DNA of 32,000 nt from Bacillus subtilis subsp. subtilis str. 168 (GCF_000009045.1 NC_000964.3:2730001-2762000); one strand, 5' to 3'. Positions 9,483-19,259 are shown, counted from the first letter of the stretch. The notes: a model not told the origin generated them from the sequence alone. Program-made: numbers and translations.

Positions 9483-10193
9483 ATGATGATGAAAAAAGGT
9501 CTGCTTGCGGGTGCGCTTACGGCAACCGTGCTTTTTGGCACATGTGCAGTAGATGTACCGGGTATTATTAGTCCAAAAACCGCAGAAGCTGCATCACAGC
9601 TAACTGATGGAATCGGCGGGAGGGCTTACTTGAACAGTAATGGTGCCATTCTTGTTACGAAAATCCAGCTTCCTAGCTCCACTCAGGTTTCAAATGGGAC
9701 AGCCTACATCTACTCTGGTTTTAGCGGAGGCACAGAATCCGATATCGGGTTTCAGTACAGTGATAAATATAATGTATGGAAACCATATATGAAAGTCGGT
9801 TCAAAAGGACAGGATCAGGTTCAGTACCTCGAAGGAGGAAGCCAATTCACGAATACGAAAGGCTTCCGTCCCGGCAGCACCGTACAACTTACCATCTACA
9901 AAAACCTTAACGGCAATACCCGCGCTACATACTGGGGCACGAACAATGCCGGATACAACGGCCGTCTCATTTCAGAAATCAGCAAAACAAATGTCGGCTC
10001 CATCTCAAAATGGAAAGCGCTCGCTACAGTTGCAACAACAGGGTCACGCCAATCTATCAAATCAAACTTTTCAACATCTTTTACAAACATCACCATCGAC
10101 AACAAAGCAATAACACCTGTAATTGATACACAAGACTTCGCTAAAGTAACAGTCTCAGGCAACAGTGTCAGTTTATCCGTTGTCAAAAATTAA
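9483..10193 (+). CDS. yrpD: Secreted protein of unknown function
   Basis: 236 aa with signal peptide ([27 protein letters not shown]...AEAA), RBS AGGGGGAAA. Confidence 0.85.
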   Translation: MMMKKGLLAGALTATVLFGTCAVDVPGIISPKTAEAASQLTDGIGGRAYLNSNGAILVTKIQLPSSTQVSNGTAYIYSGFSGGTESDIGFQYSDKYNVWKPYMKVGSKGQDQVQYLEGGSQFTNTKGFRPGSTVQLTIYKNLNGNTRATYWGTNNAGYNGRLISEISKTNVGSISKWKALATVATTGSRQSIKSNFSTSFTNITIDNKAITPVIDTQDFAKVTVSGNSVSLSVVKN

Positions 10194-10242
10194 AACATGT
10201 TAAACATACAATGCGTTAGGCTATTGAGAAGCTCTCGATAGT

Positions 10243-10272
10243 CTTAAAGGGGGCTTAACATGCCCCTTTTTT
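10243..10272 (+). terminator. Terminator downstream of yrpD
   Basis: AAAGGGGG-cttaacat-GCCCCTTTTTT. Confidence 0.65.
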
Positions 10273-10768
10273 CATTTCAATTTAACTTTCAGTTAGCTTC
10301 GGTACATGCCGTCTATCCCCGTCTTTTATCTGGGTGAAGTAAGGGCAGCTCGCCCCTTCTGAACCTGTTCCATTTGCTCAACGCAAAAGGTGTGCATCAC
10401 TGTCTTAAAAATGTTAAAACAAATAGCAGATGGTGCACTTTATTTTTAGATGAGGCATGCTTACGCTCGATATGCAAGTCAAATGATTAAGGGTCTGCAA
10501 GAGAGAGAAGTTTTGGGTGTACTTTCATAAAAGAGGGATGGCTTCATATAGCTCGATTGCATCAGGAAGATTAGCCAACGATTGGCCGAGAACAACACAT
10601 CACTTTGAAACGGATTCATTCCAAAATCATAAGTATGATCCAATAACTAATAAAGATCAGTTAGCAGTCCAGCCTTAAAAATATTTTTACATCAATTAAA
10701 CTAGCATCACTATCGAATAAGCTCGATCTGCATATCATGTACTATCCTCTTTTAAGGAAGGTGATGTT

Positions 10769-10846
10769 ATGAGGTCATTTCCATTAATCGTAGTTCTATT
10801 CATCCTATTAATCATCGTTGGGACATCTTTCTTTGGTGGCTATTAA
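10769..10846 (+). CDS. 25-aa hydrophobic microprotein, YjcZ/sporulation-membrane-protein-like
   Basis: MRSFPLIVVLFILLIIVGTSFFGGY*, RBS AAGGAAGGTGAT, followed by a strong terminator at 10871-10907. Confidence 0.75.
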   Translation: MRSFPLIVVLFILLIIVGTSFFGGY

Positions 10847-10870
10847 GAACACACCTTACCTCATATCCAT

Positions 10871-10907
10871 CAGACGCCATAAGAAATCTTTATGGCGTCT
10901 GTTTTTT
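10871..10907 (+). terminator. Terminator downstream of the microprotein ORF
   Basis: CAGACGCCATA-agaaatct-TTATGGCGTCTGTTTTTT. Confidence 0.85.
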
Positions 10908-11078
10908 ATTAGATTTAAACAAAACCATTAAAGTGGGCCATGCAAACACACCTATGGAGATTACTGCCACGACTTCTTTGTGAGGGAATTATTCTTCCCT
11001 TTATGGACTATTGTCGATCAAAAGAGAAAGTTGAAATGCATTTTTATGGTGAGATGAATCGAGGCTTAGACATATAAA

Positions 11079-11117
11079 AAACCGCAAAGCTTTCTTGAAG
11101 AAGCTTTGCGGTTTTTG
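11079..11117. terminator. Bidirectional terminator-like hairpin
   Basis: AAAAAACCGCAAAGCTTTCTTGAAGAAGCTTTGCGGTTTTTG; A-tract and T-tract on either side. Confidence 0.75.
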
Positions 11118-11356
11118 GGTCTCTTCTTTGCTTCATATAAGCCAATAGATTTCAAGCGTAATCCACTGCCATACATCCAATGATTTTTTATTTTGAAATA
11201 GGTTTCTTCTACTCTTCATGTGAGATGACTCAAGGTATGCCACGTCACAATAATATGGCGGATACTGAATGGTCTCAATCAGTTTTTTCCCCATTCTATC
11301 AATTCTCCACAGAAAAAATGGCTATGGCAGAACAACTTTCATAGAGTAATCATCAT

Positions 11357-12112
11357 TTAATGAGCCATCATCTCATGGGCAATATCGTGTCCATCCATTT
11401 TTGACGGGTAGTAAGTAGGCCAGTTTTTGACTTCATCAAGTAAAGCTTCACGGTCGTCCCCCCAATAGAGATGGTAATGACTAGCTTTAGTCGGGTAAAT
11501 ACTATGATCACTAAACTGAATATACTGAGGCAGCCCTTCTGCTTTTTTAGCTAGTTTGAATATGTATCTTACCCCTCTATTGCCCGCATCATAGGTTAGA
11601 ATTTCGTATCCGTCATACGTATACTTACCAGAATATTCTTTTCCATTTTTGAAGAACGTTACAGTATCTTTCTGGATTACAATACGGTCAACATCTGTTT
11701 GATAGCCTTTTTTATAATACTCTTTATATTCTTCAGCTGTCTTGCCGCCTTCGTGTTCTGATTTATATGAAAACACTTCGTCAAGAGTACCATCTTGCAG
11801 GTATGGATATACAGATTGCCAATCTCCTTCCCAATCAGAAAGTAAGCGATCCTTTACTTGGCTGTTTTTAAAATAGCCTTCATATATTTTTTCTGTTTCT
11901 TCATCATGCGCATGACTATGATCGTGAGAATGTTCGTGTGTATGACTGTCAGATGTTTGCTCTTGCGTTTTGGAAGAGTCTTCTTCAACTGCTGAGGATG
12001 ATGTTGTTTGATTAGACTCACCTGCAGAAGAACCGGAAGTCTGACATCCTGCCAAAACTAGTAATGAACCAATCGTTAATATGCCTAGCCGTTTTGAAAA
12101 TAAAATGTTCAT
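11357..12112 (-). CDS. zinT: ZinT-type zinc-binding lipoprotein
   Basis: 251 aa; lipobox LLVLAGCQ, His-rich HTHEHSHDHSHAHDEE linker, and ZinT domain IYEGYFKNSQVKDRLLSDWEGDWQSVYPYL (also called yrpE). Confidence 0.93.
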   Translation of the reverse strand: MNILFSKRLGILTIGSLLVLAGCQTSGSSAGESNQTTSSSAVEEDSSKTQEQTSDSHTHEHSHDHSHAHDEETEKIYEGYFKNSQVKDRLLSDWEGDWQSVYPYLQDGTLDEVFSYKSEHEGGKTAEEYKEYYKKGYQTDVDRIVIQKDTVTFFKNGKEYSGKYTYDGYEILTYDAGNRGVRYIFKLAKKAEGLPQYIQFSDHSIYPTKASHYHLYWGDDREALLDEVKNWPTYYPSKMDGHDIAHEMMAH

Positions 12113-12132
12113 TCCAACACTCCTTTTTTATT

Positions 12133-12153
12133 AAATCGAAAACATTACGATTT
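12133..12153 (-). promoter_or_regulatory. Zur-like operator upstream of zinT
   Basis: Minus strand AAATCGTAATGTTTTCGATTT versus the recalled Zur consensus AAATCGTAATNATTACGATTT (2 mismatches). It lies just downstream of a sigma-A-like promoter TTGATG-17 nt-TATAAT. Confidence 0.75.
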
Positions 12154-12243
12154 ATTATACATACATCTCTTGCAAACATCAAAGGAAAAATGCTCTTCAT
12201 GCGGATGGCCTATTTTAAAGGAATAACTGACTATGTTCATCAG

Positions 12244-12774
12244 TTATTCCTTTAAAATACGAAAGTCTACGATATTTCCATATCGATCCGCTTCAATGTG
12301 ACAGCACCCCTCAAGCAGCTGTTTTAATTTTCCACGTCCGCGTTGTACCCTTGATTTTGCTCCGGAGTAAGAAATGCCGAGCTTTTCACTCAACTCTTTT
12401 TGTGATAACCCCTGGAAATCAGTTAACTCGAGCGCCTCTCGATACTTTTCAGGCAACCGTTTGATGGTCGATCGAATACACACAGTTGCTTCCTTGGTGA
12501 AATTTTCTTCCTCTGCACTGTCATTAAAATGTAGAACATCAGGCAATATTTCGCTTGTTTTTTTTGTACGGTAAAAATCAATAATCGTATTTCTAGTGAT
12601 CCGATAAATCCAGCTGTCGATCTTTTGTTCATCGATCAGATTTGGGAGATGCACTTGTATTTTCATAAATACGATTTGCAAGAGGTCATCAACGATAGAT
12701 TGATCGTTAACCCTATGTGAAATATATGTTTTTAACGGCTGATGAAATTGATCCCATAGATCCTCTATATTCAT
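12244..12774 (-). CDS. sigZ: ECF-type RNA polymerase sigma factor
   Basis: 176 aa; region 2 SIVDDLLQIVFMKIQVHL...IDSWIYRITRNTIIDFYR, region 4 LPEKYREALELTDFQGLSQKELSEKLGISYSGAKSRVQRGRGKLK. Confidence 0.93.
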   Translation of the reverse strand: MNIEDLWDQFHQPLKTYISHRVNDQSIVDDLLQIVFMKIQVHLPNLIDEQKIDSWIYRITRNTIIDFYRTKKTSEILPDVLHFNDSAEEENFTKEATVCIRSTIKRLPEKYREALELTDFQGLSQKELSEKLGISYSGAKSRVQRGRGKLKQLLEGCCHIEADRYGNIVDFRILKE

Positions 12775-12908
12775 TTGAAAAAACCTCCTATAATTTTGCG
12801 TCTGCTTTACATTTGCTTCGTCTTTTTAATCGTAACAAAGAGCAAACAATTGTTGAATCAATTGTATTGCAGCTGTTGCCAAAAATAATGATAAAGGAGA
12901 GGTTTGTT

Positions 12909-13889
12909 GTGGAGTATACCTATTTAGGGAGAACAGGATTGCGGGTGAGCCGTTTATGTTTAGGCACGATGAATTTTGGAGTTGATACAGACGAAAAGAC
13001 TGCGTTCCGTATCATGGATGAAGCACTTGATAACGGCATTCAATTTTTTGATACTGCCAATATTTACGGCTGGGGCAAAAACGCAGGATTGACAGAGAGC
13101 ATCATTGGAAAATGGTTTGCACAAGGAGGACAGCGCCGCGAGAAAGTTGTTCTGGCGACAAAAGTATATGAACCGATTTCTGATCCGAATGACGGACCAA
13201 ATGATATGAGGGGCTTGTCTCTATACAAAATCAGACGTCATCTGGAAGGATCACTGAAGCGGCTTCAGACAGATCATATCGAATTGTACCAAATGCATCA
13301 TATCGATAGGCGGACACCGTGGGATGAGATATGGGAAGCTTTTGAGACTCAGGTTCGCTCCGGCAAAGTAGACTATATTGGATCCAGTAATTTTGCAGGC
13401 TGGCATTTAGTTAAAGCGCAAGCTGAAGCTGAAAAACGGCGATTCATGGGACTCGTCACTGAACAGCATAAGTATAGTTTATTAGAACGAACAGCTGAAA
13501 TGGAAGTGCTGCCGGCTGCACGGGATCTTGGTTTAGGAGTAGTGGCGTGGAGTCCCCTTGCAGGAGGGCTTCTTGGCGGGAAGGCATTGAAAAGCAATGC
13601 CGGAACTCGTACAGCAAAAAGAGCAGATTTAATTGAAAAACATCGTTTGCAACTCGAGAAATTTTCAGATTTATGCAAAGAACTAGGAGAAAAAGAAGCA
13701 AATGTGGCTTTGGCATGGGTGCTGGCAAATCCAGTTTTAACTGCGCCGATCATCGGACCACGAACGGTTGAGCAGCTGCGTGATACGATAAAAGCCGTTG
13801 AAATCAGTCTGGATAAGGAGATTCTCCGCATGTTAAATGATATCTTTCCCGGACCTGGAGGAGAGACACCTGAGGCATACGCCTGGTGA
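12909..13889 (+). CDS. yrpG: Aldo/keto reductase
   Basis: GTG start at 12909 preceded by AAAGGAGAGG; VEYTYLGRTGLRVSRLCLGTMNFG..., 326 aa. The 390-aa ORF in the track is an upstream over-extension. Confidence 0.9.
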   Translation: MEYTYLGRTGLRVSRLCLGTMNFGVDTDEKTAFRIMDEALDNGIQFFDTANIYGWGKNAGLTESIIGKWFAQGGQRREKVVLATKVYEPISDPNDGPNDMRGLSLYKIRRHLEGSLKRLQTDHIELYQMHHIDRRTPWDEIWEAFETQVRSGKVDYIGSSNFAGWHLVKAQAEAEKRRFMGLVTEQHKYSLLERTAEMEVLPAARDLGLGVVAWSPLAGGLLGGKALKSNAGTRTAKRADLIEKHRLQLEKFSDLCKELGEKEANVALAWVLANPVLTAPIIGPRTVEQLRDTIKAVEISLDKEILRMLNDIFPGPGGETPEAYAW

Positions 13890-13949
13890 TACATTCATTA
13901 CTCAATACTGACATTTTTCTTAAATATTTATACTGAACTATCATATTAA

Positions 13950-13982
13950 GAAAGACAAGAGCATGTTTGTCTCTTGTCTTTT
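13950..13982 (+). terminator. Terminator downstream of yrpG
   Basis: AAGACAAGAG-catgtttgt-CTCTTGTCTTTT. Confidence 0.8.
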
Positions 13983-14162
13983 CCACATCGTGCTGAAAAT
14001 GCTGGCTAAACATCGACAAAAATGCTGCCGCTTAAAAAAGAACCCTAAACAATAGAGTAACTGGAAAGACAACTGGCTTGATCAGCTTGGGACCCCTTTC
14101 AGCTGTATTTAAATCAATCAAACTAATGATTCATTGGCAGTCTAAATATTATTATTGTTTCT

Positions 14163-15524
14163 TTACAAAATAGTAATAGCCCCTGTAATGATTGCTAACA
14201 ACGTAATAACTAATGATGTAATTACAGCCCACTTAACGGCAAACCTTTGAAATGACCCCAAGTCCATTTTAAGCATGCTTACTAGCAATACTGTTGACGC
14301 AACCAATGGACTCATCAGATGAACCGGCTGCCCCATTATAGAAGCCCTTGCAATTTCTACTGGTTCTATACCATATGCTGAGGCAGCTTCTGCAAAGATA
14401 GGTACCATACCAAAGTAATATGCATCATTTGATAAAACAAAAGTAAACGGAATACTAGTGAGTGCTACAATAACGGGGAAAAACCCTCCCATTGATGAGG
14501 GGATGATGGATATTAATGATCCTGCTATGGCATCCACCATCTTTGTCCCGGATAATATACCAGCAAATACTCCTGCTGAAAATACCAATAATACCACGGT
14601 TATGGCATTACCAGAATGCTCGGCGATTCGCTCCTTCTGCATTTTTACATTCGGATAATTTATAGTAAGGGCAAGAACAAAACCAATTAAAAATAAAACT
14701 GACGGATGCTTAGTTCCAAGCACAATAAACACCATGATACTTATAACGAGGAATAAATTAAGATATATTAAGCGTGGCCTTTTCAATTGTTCGCTCTCCA
14801 AAGTAGCAGCCATATAAGATTGAGAGCTGTCCTTTGTTATATGTCTAGGCTCTAATTGAACGATGCCTATTCGATTCCTCTCTTTCCTTCCCATTAGAAA
14901 AGCCAGAAATATCACACAAGCAATACCTCCAAGCATGGTCGGAAGTAATGGCACAAAGAAATCTGAAGGATCCAAACCCAGCACTGAAATCGCTCTTGTA
15001 GCTGGTCCGCCCCATGGAGTCATTCCGCTAACGATACTCAACGACAGCATTGCTAATGTCGCCATAACCATGGGATTCATACCAATTCTTTTATACAAAG
15101 GTAACATTGCTGAGACTGTTATCATATAGGTTGTTGTACCGTCCCCATCTAAAGCGATAAGCATTGCCAAGACGGCAGACCCTATCGCTATTTTCACAGG
15201 GTCTCCCTTTACTATAGATAAAATTTTTTCTATTAGCGGATCAAATAAACCTGCATCAATTAAAATTCCGAAAAAAAGAATAGCAAACAATAGCAATGCC
15301 GCTGAACTTGCAACTGTTTGAATTCCTTCTAAAATCATGTCGCCAATACCCTTACCAAAACCTCCAATAAGAGCAAAAACAATGGGAGTGATGGTCAAGG
15401 CAACAATAGGCGAGACTTTCTTTGTCATTATTAATATTGTAAAAACAGTTACCATCGAAAAACCTAAAATAGTAAGCATATTACACCTCCAAGAATGCGC
15501 TTTCAAATGACTTTTGATTAACAT
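14163..15524 (-). CDS. yraO: CitMHS-family citrate/tricarboxylate:cation symporter
   Basis: 453 aa, polytopic membrane protein; GDGTTTYMITVSAMLPLYKR, SGMTPWGGPATRA, STVLLVSMLKMDLG. Confidence 0.85.
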   Translation of the reverse strand: MLIKSHLKAHSWRCNMLTILGFSMVTVFTILIMTKKVSPIVALTITPIVFALIGGFGKGIGDMILEGIQTVASSAALLLFAILFFGILIDAGLFDPLIEKILSIVKGDPVKIAIGSAVLAMLIALDGDGTTTYMITVSAMLPLYKRIGMNPMVMATLAMLSLSIVSGMTPWGGPATRAISVLGLDPSDFFVPLLPTMLGGIACVIFLAFLMGRKERNRIGIVQLEPRHITKDSSQSYMAATLESEQLKRPRLIYLNLFLVISIMVFIVLGTKHPSVLFLIGFVLALTINYPNVKMQKERIAEHSGNAITVVLLVFSAGVFAGILSGTKMVDAIAGSLISIIPSSMGGFFPVIVALTSIPFTFVLSNDAYYFGMVPIFAEAASAYGIEPVEIARASIMGQPVHLMSPLVASTVLLVSMLKMDLGSFQRFAVKWAVITSLVITLLAIITGAITIL

Positions 15525-15593
15525 ATCTTATACGGTGTAATAAGTTAAATAAATATTTTTTTACTGTGTTTCAAAAAAAATTCTATCATAACT

Positions 15594-16493
15594 TTAAATG
15601 GTTACCATTTGTTCACCCTTTAAAAAATCAATGAATGCTTTAACGAGTTTGATTCCTAATGATTTTTGATCGTACATTAGCCAAGTATCTCTCATTAGAG
15701 GCTTACCCTTAGCATTATACAGTTCCATTGTGTACAAATGATCAGATTCCTGCAGGCAAATTTCTGGTGCTATGGAGTAACCAAGACCATGCTTTACCAT
15801 CTCTTTGCAAGTCTCTTGTCGATCCACTTCCATTGCAATAATGGGGGCTTGTTTTAGATTCGTATGCATCCAATCTTCTATAATCGTTTTTAAAGAAGCA
15901 TCCGTTTTATATTTGATAAAAGGTAAAAAAGGAAGTTGCTCTATCGTTATTGGTTTTTTTGAGATGATATGTAATTTTTCCCGTGTCAGCCGTTCCTCCA
16001 CCCCTTTCCAGCGATGGCTTCCTCTCAGTATACCGACTTGTACAATACCAGCATCTAATAATTTCATGACATCTGTGCTCCAGCCTGTTTGTACACTATA
16101 TTGGACATTAGGATACATAGTGGAAAATTCCCTTAATAACTTAGGGAGCTTATATTGAGCGAAATTGCTTGATACCCCCAGCCTTAGATGTCCTTGCACC
16201 TCTTTGCTTAGATTAGAGATATGATCTTTGGTATCTTGAAGTTCCTGTAGCATTCTTCTTGCATAAGCAACCAAGTGTTCTCCTTCCGCAGTAAAGGTAA
16301 TTCCTTTATGCCTTTTGGTGAATAATTCAATTCCGAAAATCTCCTCAATCTTTTTCAACCGATAAGTGATGGAAGGCTGTGATGTAAATAATCGTTCTGC
16401 TGTTTTTGTTACACTTTGTTCTTCGTGAAGAATTTTCAATAAAATCCAATCTTTCTCATCCATTTTCATCTTCCTTTCTAGTCCTTCTTTCAC
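15594..16493 (-). CDS. yraN: LysR-family transcriptional regulator
   Basis: LLKILHEEQSVTKTAERLFTSQPSITYRLKKIEEIFGIELFTKRHKGITFT. Start is probably internal (MKMDEKDWILL). Confidence 0.88.
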   Translation of the reverse strand: MKEGLERKMKMDEKDWILLKILHEEQSVTKTAERLFTSQPSITYRLKKIEEIFGIELFTKRHKGITFTAEGEHLVAYARRMLQELQDTKDHISNLSKEVQGHLRLGVSSNFAQYKLPKLLREFSTMYPNVQYSVQTGWSTDVMKLLDAGIVQVGILRGSHRWKGVEERLTREKLHIISKKPITIEQLPFLPFIKYKTDASLKTIIEDWMHTNLKQAPIIAMEVDRQETCKEMVKHGLGYSIAPEICLQESDHLYTMELYNAKGKPLMRDTWLMYDQKSLGIKLVKAFIDFLKGEQMVTI

Positions 16494-16592
16494 AATTATA
16501 AAAGTTTTTTTATCGAATATTAAGAAAACTTATATTTTATTTTTATTTTTTTACCTTCTACACTAAAAAACATAAAAAATACTACCTTTAAG

Positions 16593-17711
16593 ATGAGGAT
16601 GATGACGATGGTCAAGACGAATGTAACAATCATGAGAGGCGGAACAAGCAAAGGCGTTTTTTTCCACGAATCAGCCATGCCTAACAATAAAAACGAATGG
16701 GAGCCCTTTTTGCTTGATGTCATGGGAAGTCCTGATAAAAGACAAATAGATGGTTTGGGTGGCGGTAATTCCCTTACTAGTAAAGTGGCAATAATAAAGA
16801 AAGCATATACTTCGGATATTGATGTTCACTATACTTTCGGTCAAGTCAGCATTTCGGAAGAAAAGGTGGACTTTAAGGGGAACTGCGGAAATATCTCCGC
16901 TGCTGTTGGTCCATTTGCTATTGAAGAAGGACTTGTAAAAGCGAAAGAACCAATGACTGCGGTAAGGATCCTGAATACCAATACGAATAAAATGATCATT
17001 GCGGAAGTAGAAGTGGAAGACGGTCAGGTCAAATATGACGGAGATGTTACGATATCTGGAGTACCTGGATCTGGATCTCCAATCTATTTAAACTTTCATG
17101 ATGCCGCTGGTTCAGTTACCGGTCATTTATTGCCTACTGGAAATAGTTCGGAGTTTTTAGATACAAGTCAAGGCCAAATAGAGGTGTCTATTATCGACTA
17201 TGCAAATCCATTAGTTTTTGTGGAAGCGAGCAGTATCGGCCTGGATGGAACGGAACTTGCAGAAGAATTTACTGATCTACAGTTGGCTCAATTTGAAGAA
17301 TTAAGATCCATTGCGGCAGAGAAATGCGGCTTTGCCAGTCGATTTTCAGCTACAAAGTTATCGCCGGCTGTCCCCAAACTGGCTATAGTAGCAAAACCAG
17401 AGAAATATAAAGATAGTACAGGTGCTTGGCATTCAAGCGTTGAGATGGACTTACACATCAGGATGATGTCCATGCAAAAGCCACATCAAGCACTGGCTGT
17501 CACTGGAGCGATATGTACAACAAGAGCCCTTTCAGTGGAAGGTGCAATCCCTGCAAGAATAGCAAAAAACCACTCTACAAAGGTTCGGCTAGCTCATTCT
17601 TCTGGTATTATTGAAACAATGGTGGAGCCCACTGGTATAAAGATCGTCCGTACCGCACGACGTATTATGGACGGAACAGTTTATACGCATGGAGACTATC
17701 AAATGATGTAG
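16593..17711 (+). CDS. yraM: PrpF-family aconitate/methylaconitate isomerase-like protein
   Basis: 372 aa; MRGGTSKGVFFHESAMP, GNCGNISAAVGPFAIEEGLV, PGSGSPIYLNF. Start could be ATG at 16608. Confidence 0.85.
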   Translation: MRMMTMVKTNVTIMRGGTSKGVFFHESAMPNNKNEWEPFLLDVMGSPDKRQIDGLGGGNSLTSKVAIIKKAYTSDIDVHYTFGQVSISEEKVDFKGNCGNISAAVGPFAIEEGLVKAKEPMTAVRILNTNTNKMIIAEVEVEDGQVKYDGDVTISGVPGSGSPIYLNFHDAAGSVTGHLLPTGNSSEFLDTSQGQIEVSIIDYANPLVFVEASSIGLDGTELAEEFTDLQLAQFEELRSIAAEKCGFASRFSATKLSPAVPKLAIVAKPEKYKDSTGAWHSSVEMDLHIRMMSMQKPHQALAVTGAICTTRALSVEGAIPARIAKNHSTKVRLAHSSGIIETMVEPTGIKIVRTARRIMDGTVYTHGDYQMM

Positions 17712-17915
17712 ATGGACTGTGCAAAAAGCCTCCCCCCTTTCCATCGTTAATAGATGGATTGAATGCGCCTTCTTGCACAGATCCATTGTAATCTTGCATG
17801 GCTTTAAAAAAGCCTCTATATTGTTTTTTATGAAATCGCCAAGGTCCTTTCATGTATCTGCCTCAAGCATGACATAATCATTATAGAGAAAATTGAATAC
17901 TTTTTACTGCAAATA

Positions 17916-17944
17916 AAAAGATACCAACATCATTGGTATCTTTT
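17916..17944 (-). terminator. Terminator of csn
   Basis: AAAAAGATACCA-acatcat-TGGTATCTTTT. Confidence 0.75.
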
Positions 17945-17983
17945 AGATTGAGTTCATCTGCAGCGGTTTCTTTTCCTCACTGC

Positions 17984-18817
17984 TTATTTGATTACAAAAT
18001 TACCGTACTCGTTTGAACGAACATGAATCGGTCCGTTTAGATTATAGTTGTTCTCCTTGGCGATAGAGCGAAGCACGTCCACACGGGCAACTGATTCTCT
18101 CCATTCGTCACGGGTGTCATGATTGGCCGGATTCATCAGATCGTCATAGCGTACGTCCAAGAATTTATTCAACCACTTCTTCTCGTCTATTCCGTCTTTA
18201 GGTGATCCGCCCGCTTTTTTGTTCGTACGTTTAATCAAGGCATAAAAAGAGTCAGGGTCATCACCATCGCCATGCTGAATAACCGTATCGTACATCACAG
18301 CTCTTGCCAATGCTGTTTTTAGTCCGGCATTATCCGATCGTTTCATGGCAGGCTGATAATACAAATGGTCATTTACTTTGTCTTGAGCGGCGCGAAATTC
18401 CTTATCATTTGCAAGCGACTTCCAGGCAGAAGCGAATCCCTTGAGATTGCTTGTATCATCGCTTTCTTCCTTGGCCAGACGGCGCAATTCAGGCAGATAC
18501 TTTTTCAGTTTGTTATTCGGAACTGCCTTTGTGTATACTTCCACTACTTCCAATGCATCCCCGGTAGCCGTTGTAAAGCCTGCCCGTCCGCATGTATAGC
18601 CTCGCCCGTCATCCAATCGCTCTACATATCCATATTGGATCTCCGTTGTGCCGTTTTCAAAGATACTTGTCAGCTGTTCCGCCCGGCGCTTTTGATCTTT
18701 ATTCAGTCCCGCCGCAAAAACCGTTTCGCTCATCATCAGGGTAAAAAACATGGTGAAAACAAGTAATGAGATCGCTGCTTTTTTCCAAAAATCTGCTTTT
18801 TGCATACTGATTTTCAT
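17984..18817 (-). CDS. csn: Chitosanase (GH46), secreted
   Basis: 277 aa; signal peptide then LNKDQKRRAEQLTSIFENGTTEIQYGYVERLDDGRGYTCGRAGFTTATGDALEVVE, typical of GH46. Confidence 0.95.
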   Translation of the reverse strand: MKISMQKADFWKKAAISLLVFTMFFTLMMSETVFAAGLNKDQKRRAEQLTSIFENGTTEIQYGYVERLDDGRGYTCGRAGFTTATGDALEVVEVYTKAVPNNKLKKYLPELRRLAKEESDDTSNLKGFASAWKSLANDKEFRAAQDKVNDHLYYQPAMKRSDNAGLKTALARAVMYDTVIQHGDGDDPDSFYALIKRTNKKAGGSPKDGIDEKKWLNKFLDVRYDDLMNPANHDTRDEWRESVARVDVLRSIAKENNYNLNGPIHVRSNEYGNFVIK

Positions 18818-19259
18818 TTCACTTCCCCTTTCTAAATATTGTAAATACAGACTCAGTATACATGAAGAAACTGCCCTATTGTTGAAAATACATCAATTTG
18901 TCAATATTTTGAATCTAAAGTAATATAGCTTGAATCTTACTCTATTCATTGCCAATCAGCCTTAGCCCCTCTCACTGGGAAGGTCCCTTGATTTTCATAC
19001 TGCTTCAACTTTCATTAACAAGATGCCATAAGGCTTTACTCTATTTTATAATGGAAGTGATCATCGAAAATCGTTAGGGAGGTGATGTAATGGCAAGCAA
19101 GATGAGAATGCCAGATTCCGCAACGTCCCATGCAAAGCCTACTATTGGGAAGGCGATACTTTGCATGGGGTAGACTTTCTAAAAGATCGCCCAAGTAAGC
19201 TTTTCTGATATAGTGGCTTTGCACCTTATTTGACATAAAAAAATAAGGAGCTGGCAGAA

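Noticed and set aside
9896-10186. 96-aa minus-strand ORF inside yrpD
   Set aside because: Fully antisense to a convincing secreted-protein gene; no RBS or family features.
12717-12908. N-terminal 64-residue extension of the aldo/keto reductase in the ORF track
   Set aside because: It overlaps the sigZ start region and lacks similarity to the family. The GTG at 12909 has a strong RBS and gives the canonical LGRTGLRVSRLCLGT N-terminus.
13373-13894. 173-aa minus-strand ORF opposite yrpG
   Set aside because: Mirror-frame artefact of a GC-richer coding region; Ser/Pro/Arg-rich composition and no motif.
17665-17853. 62-aa minus-strand ORF (MKGPWRFHKKQYRGFFKAMQDYNGSVQEGAFN...) after yraM
   Set aside because: Looks mildly coding-like, but has no clear RBS and I recognise no family, so it was not called as a gene.
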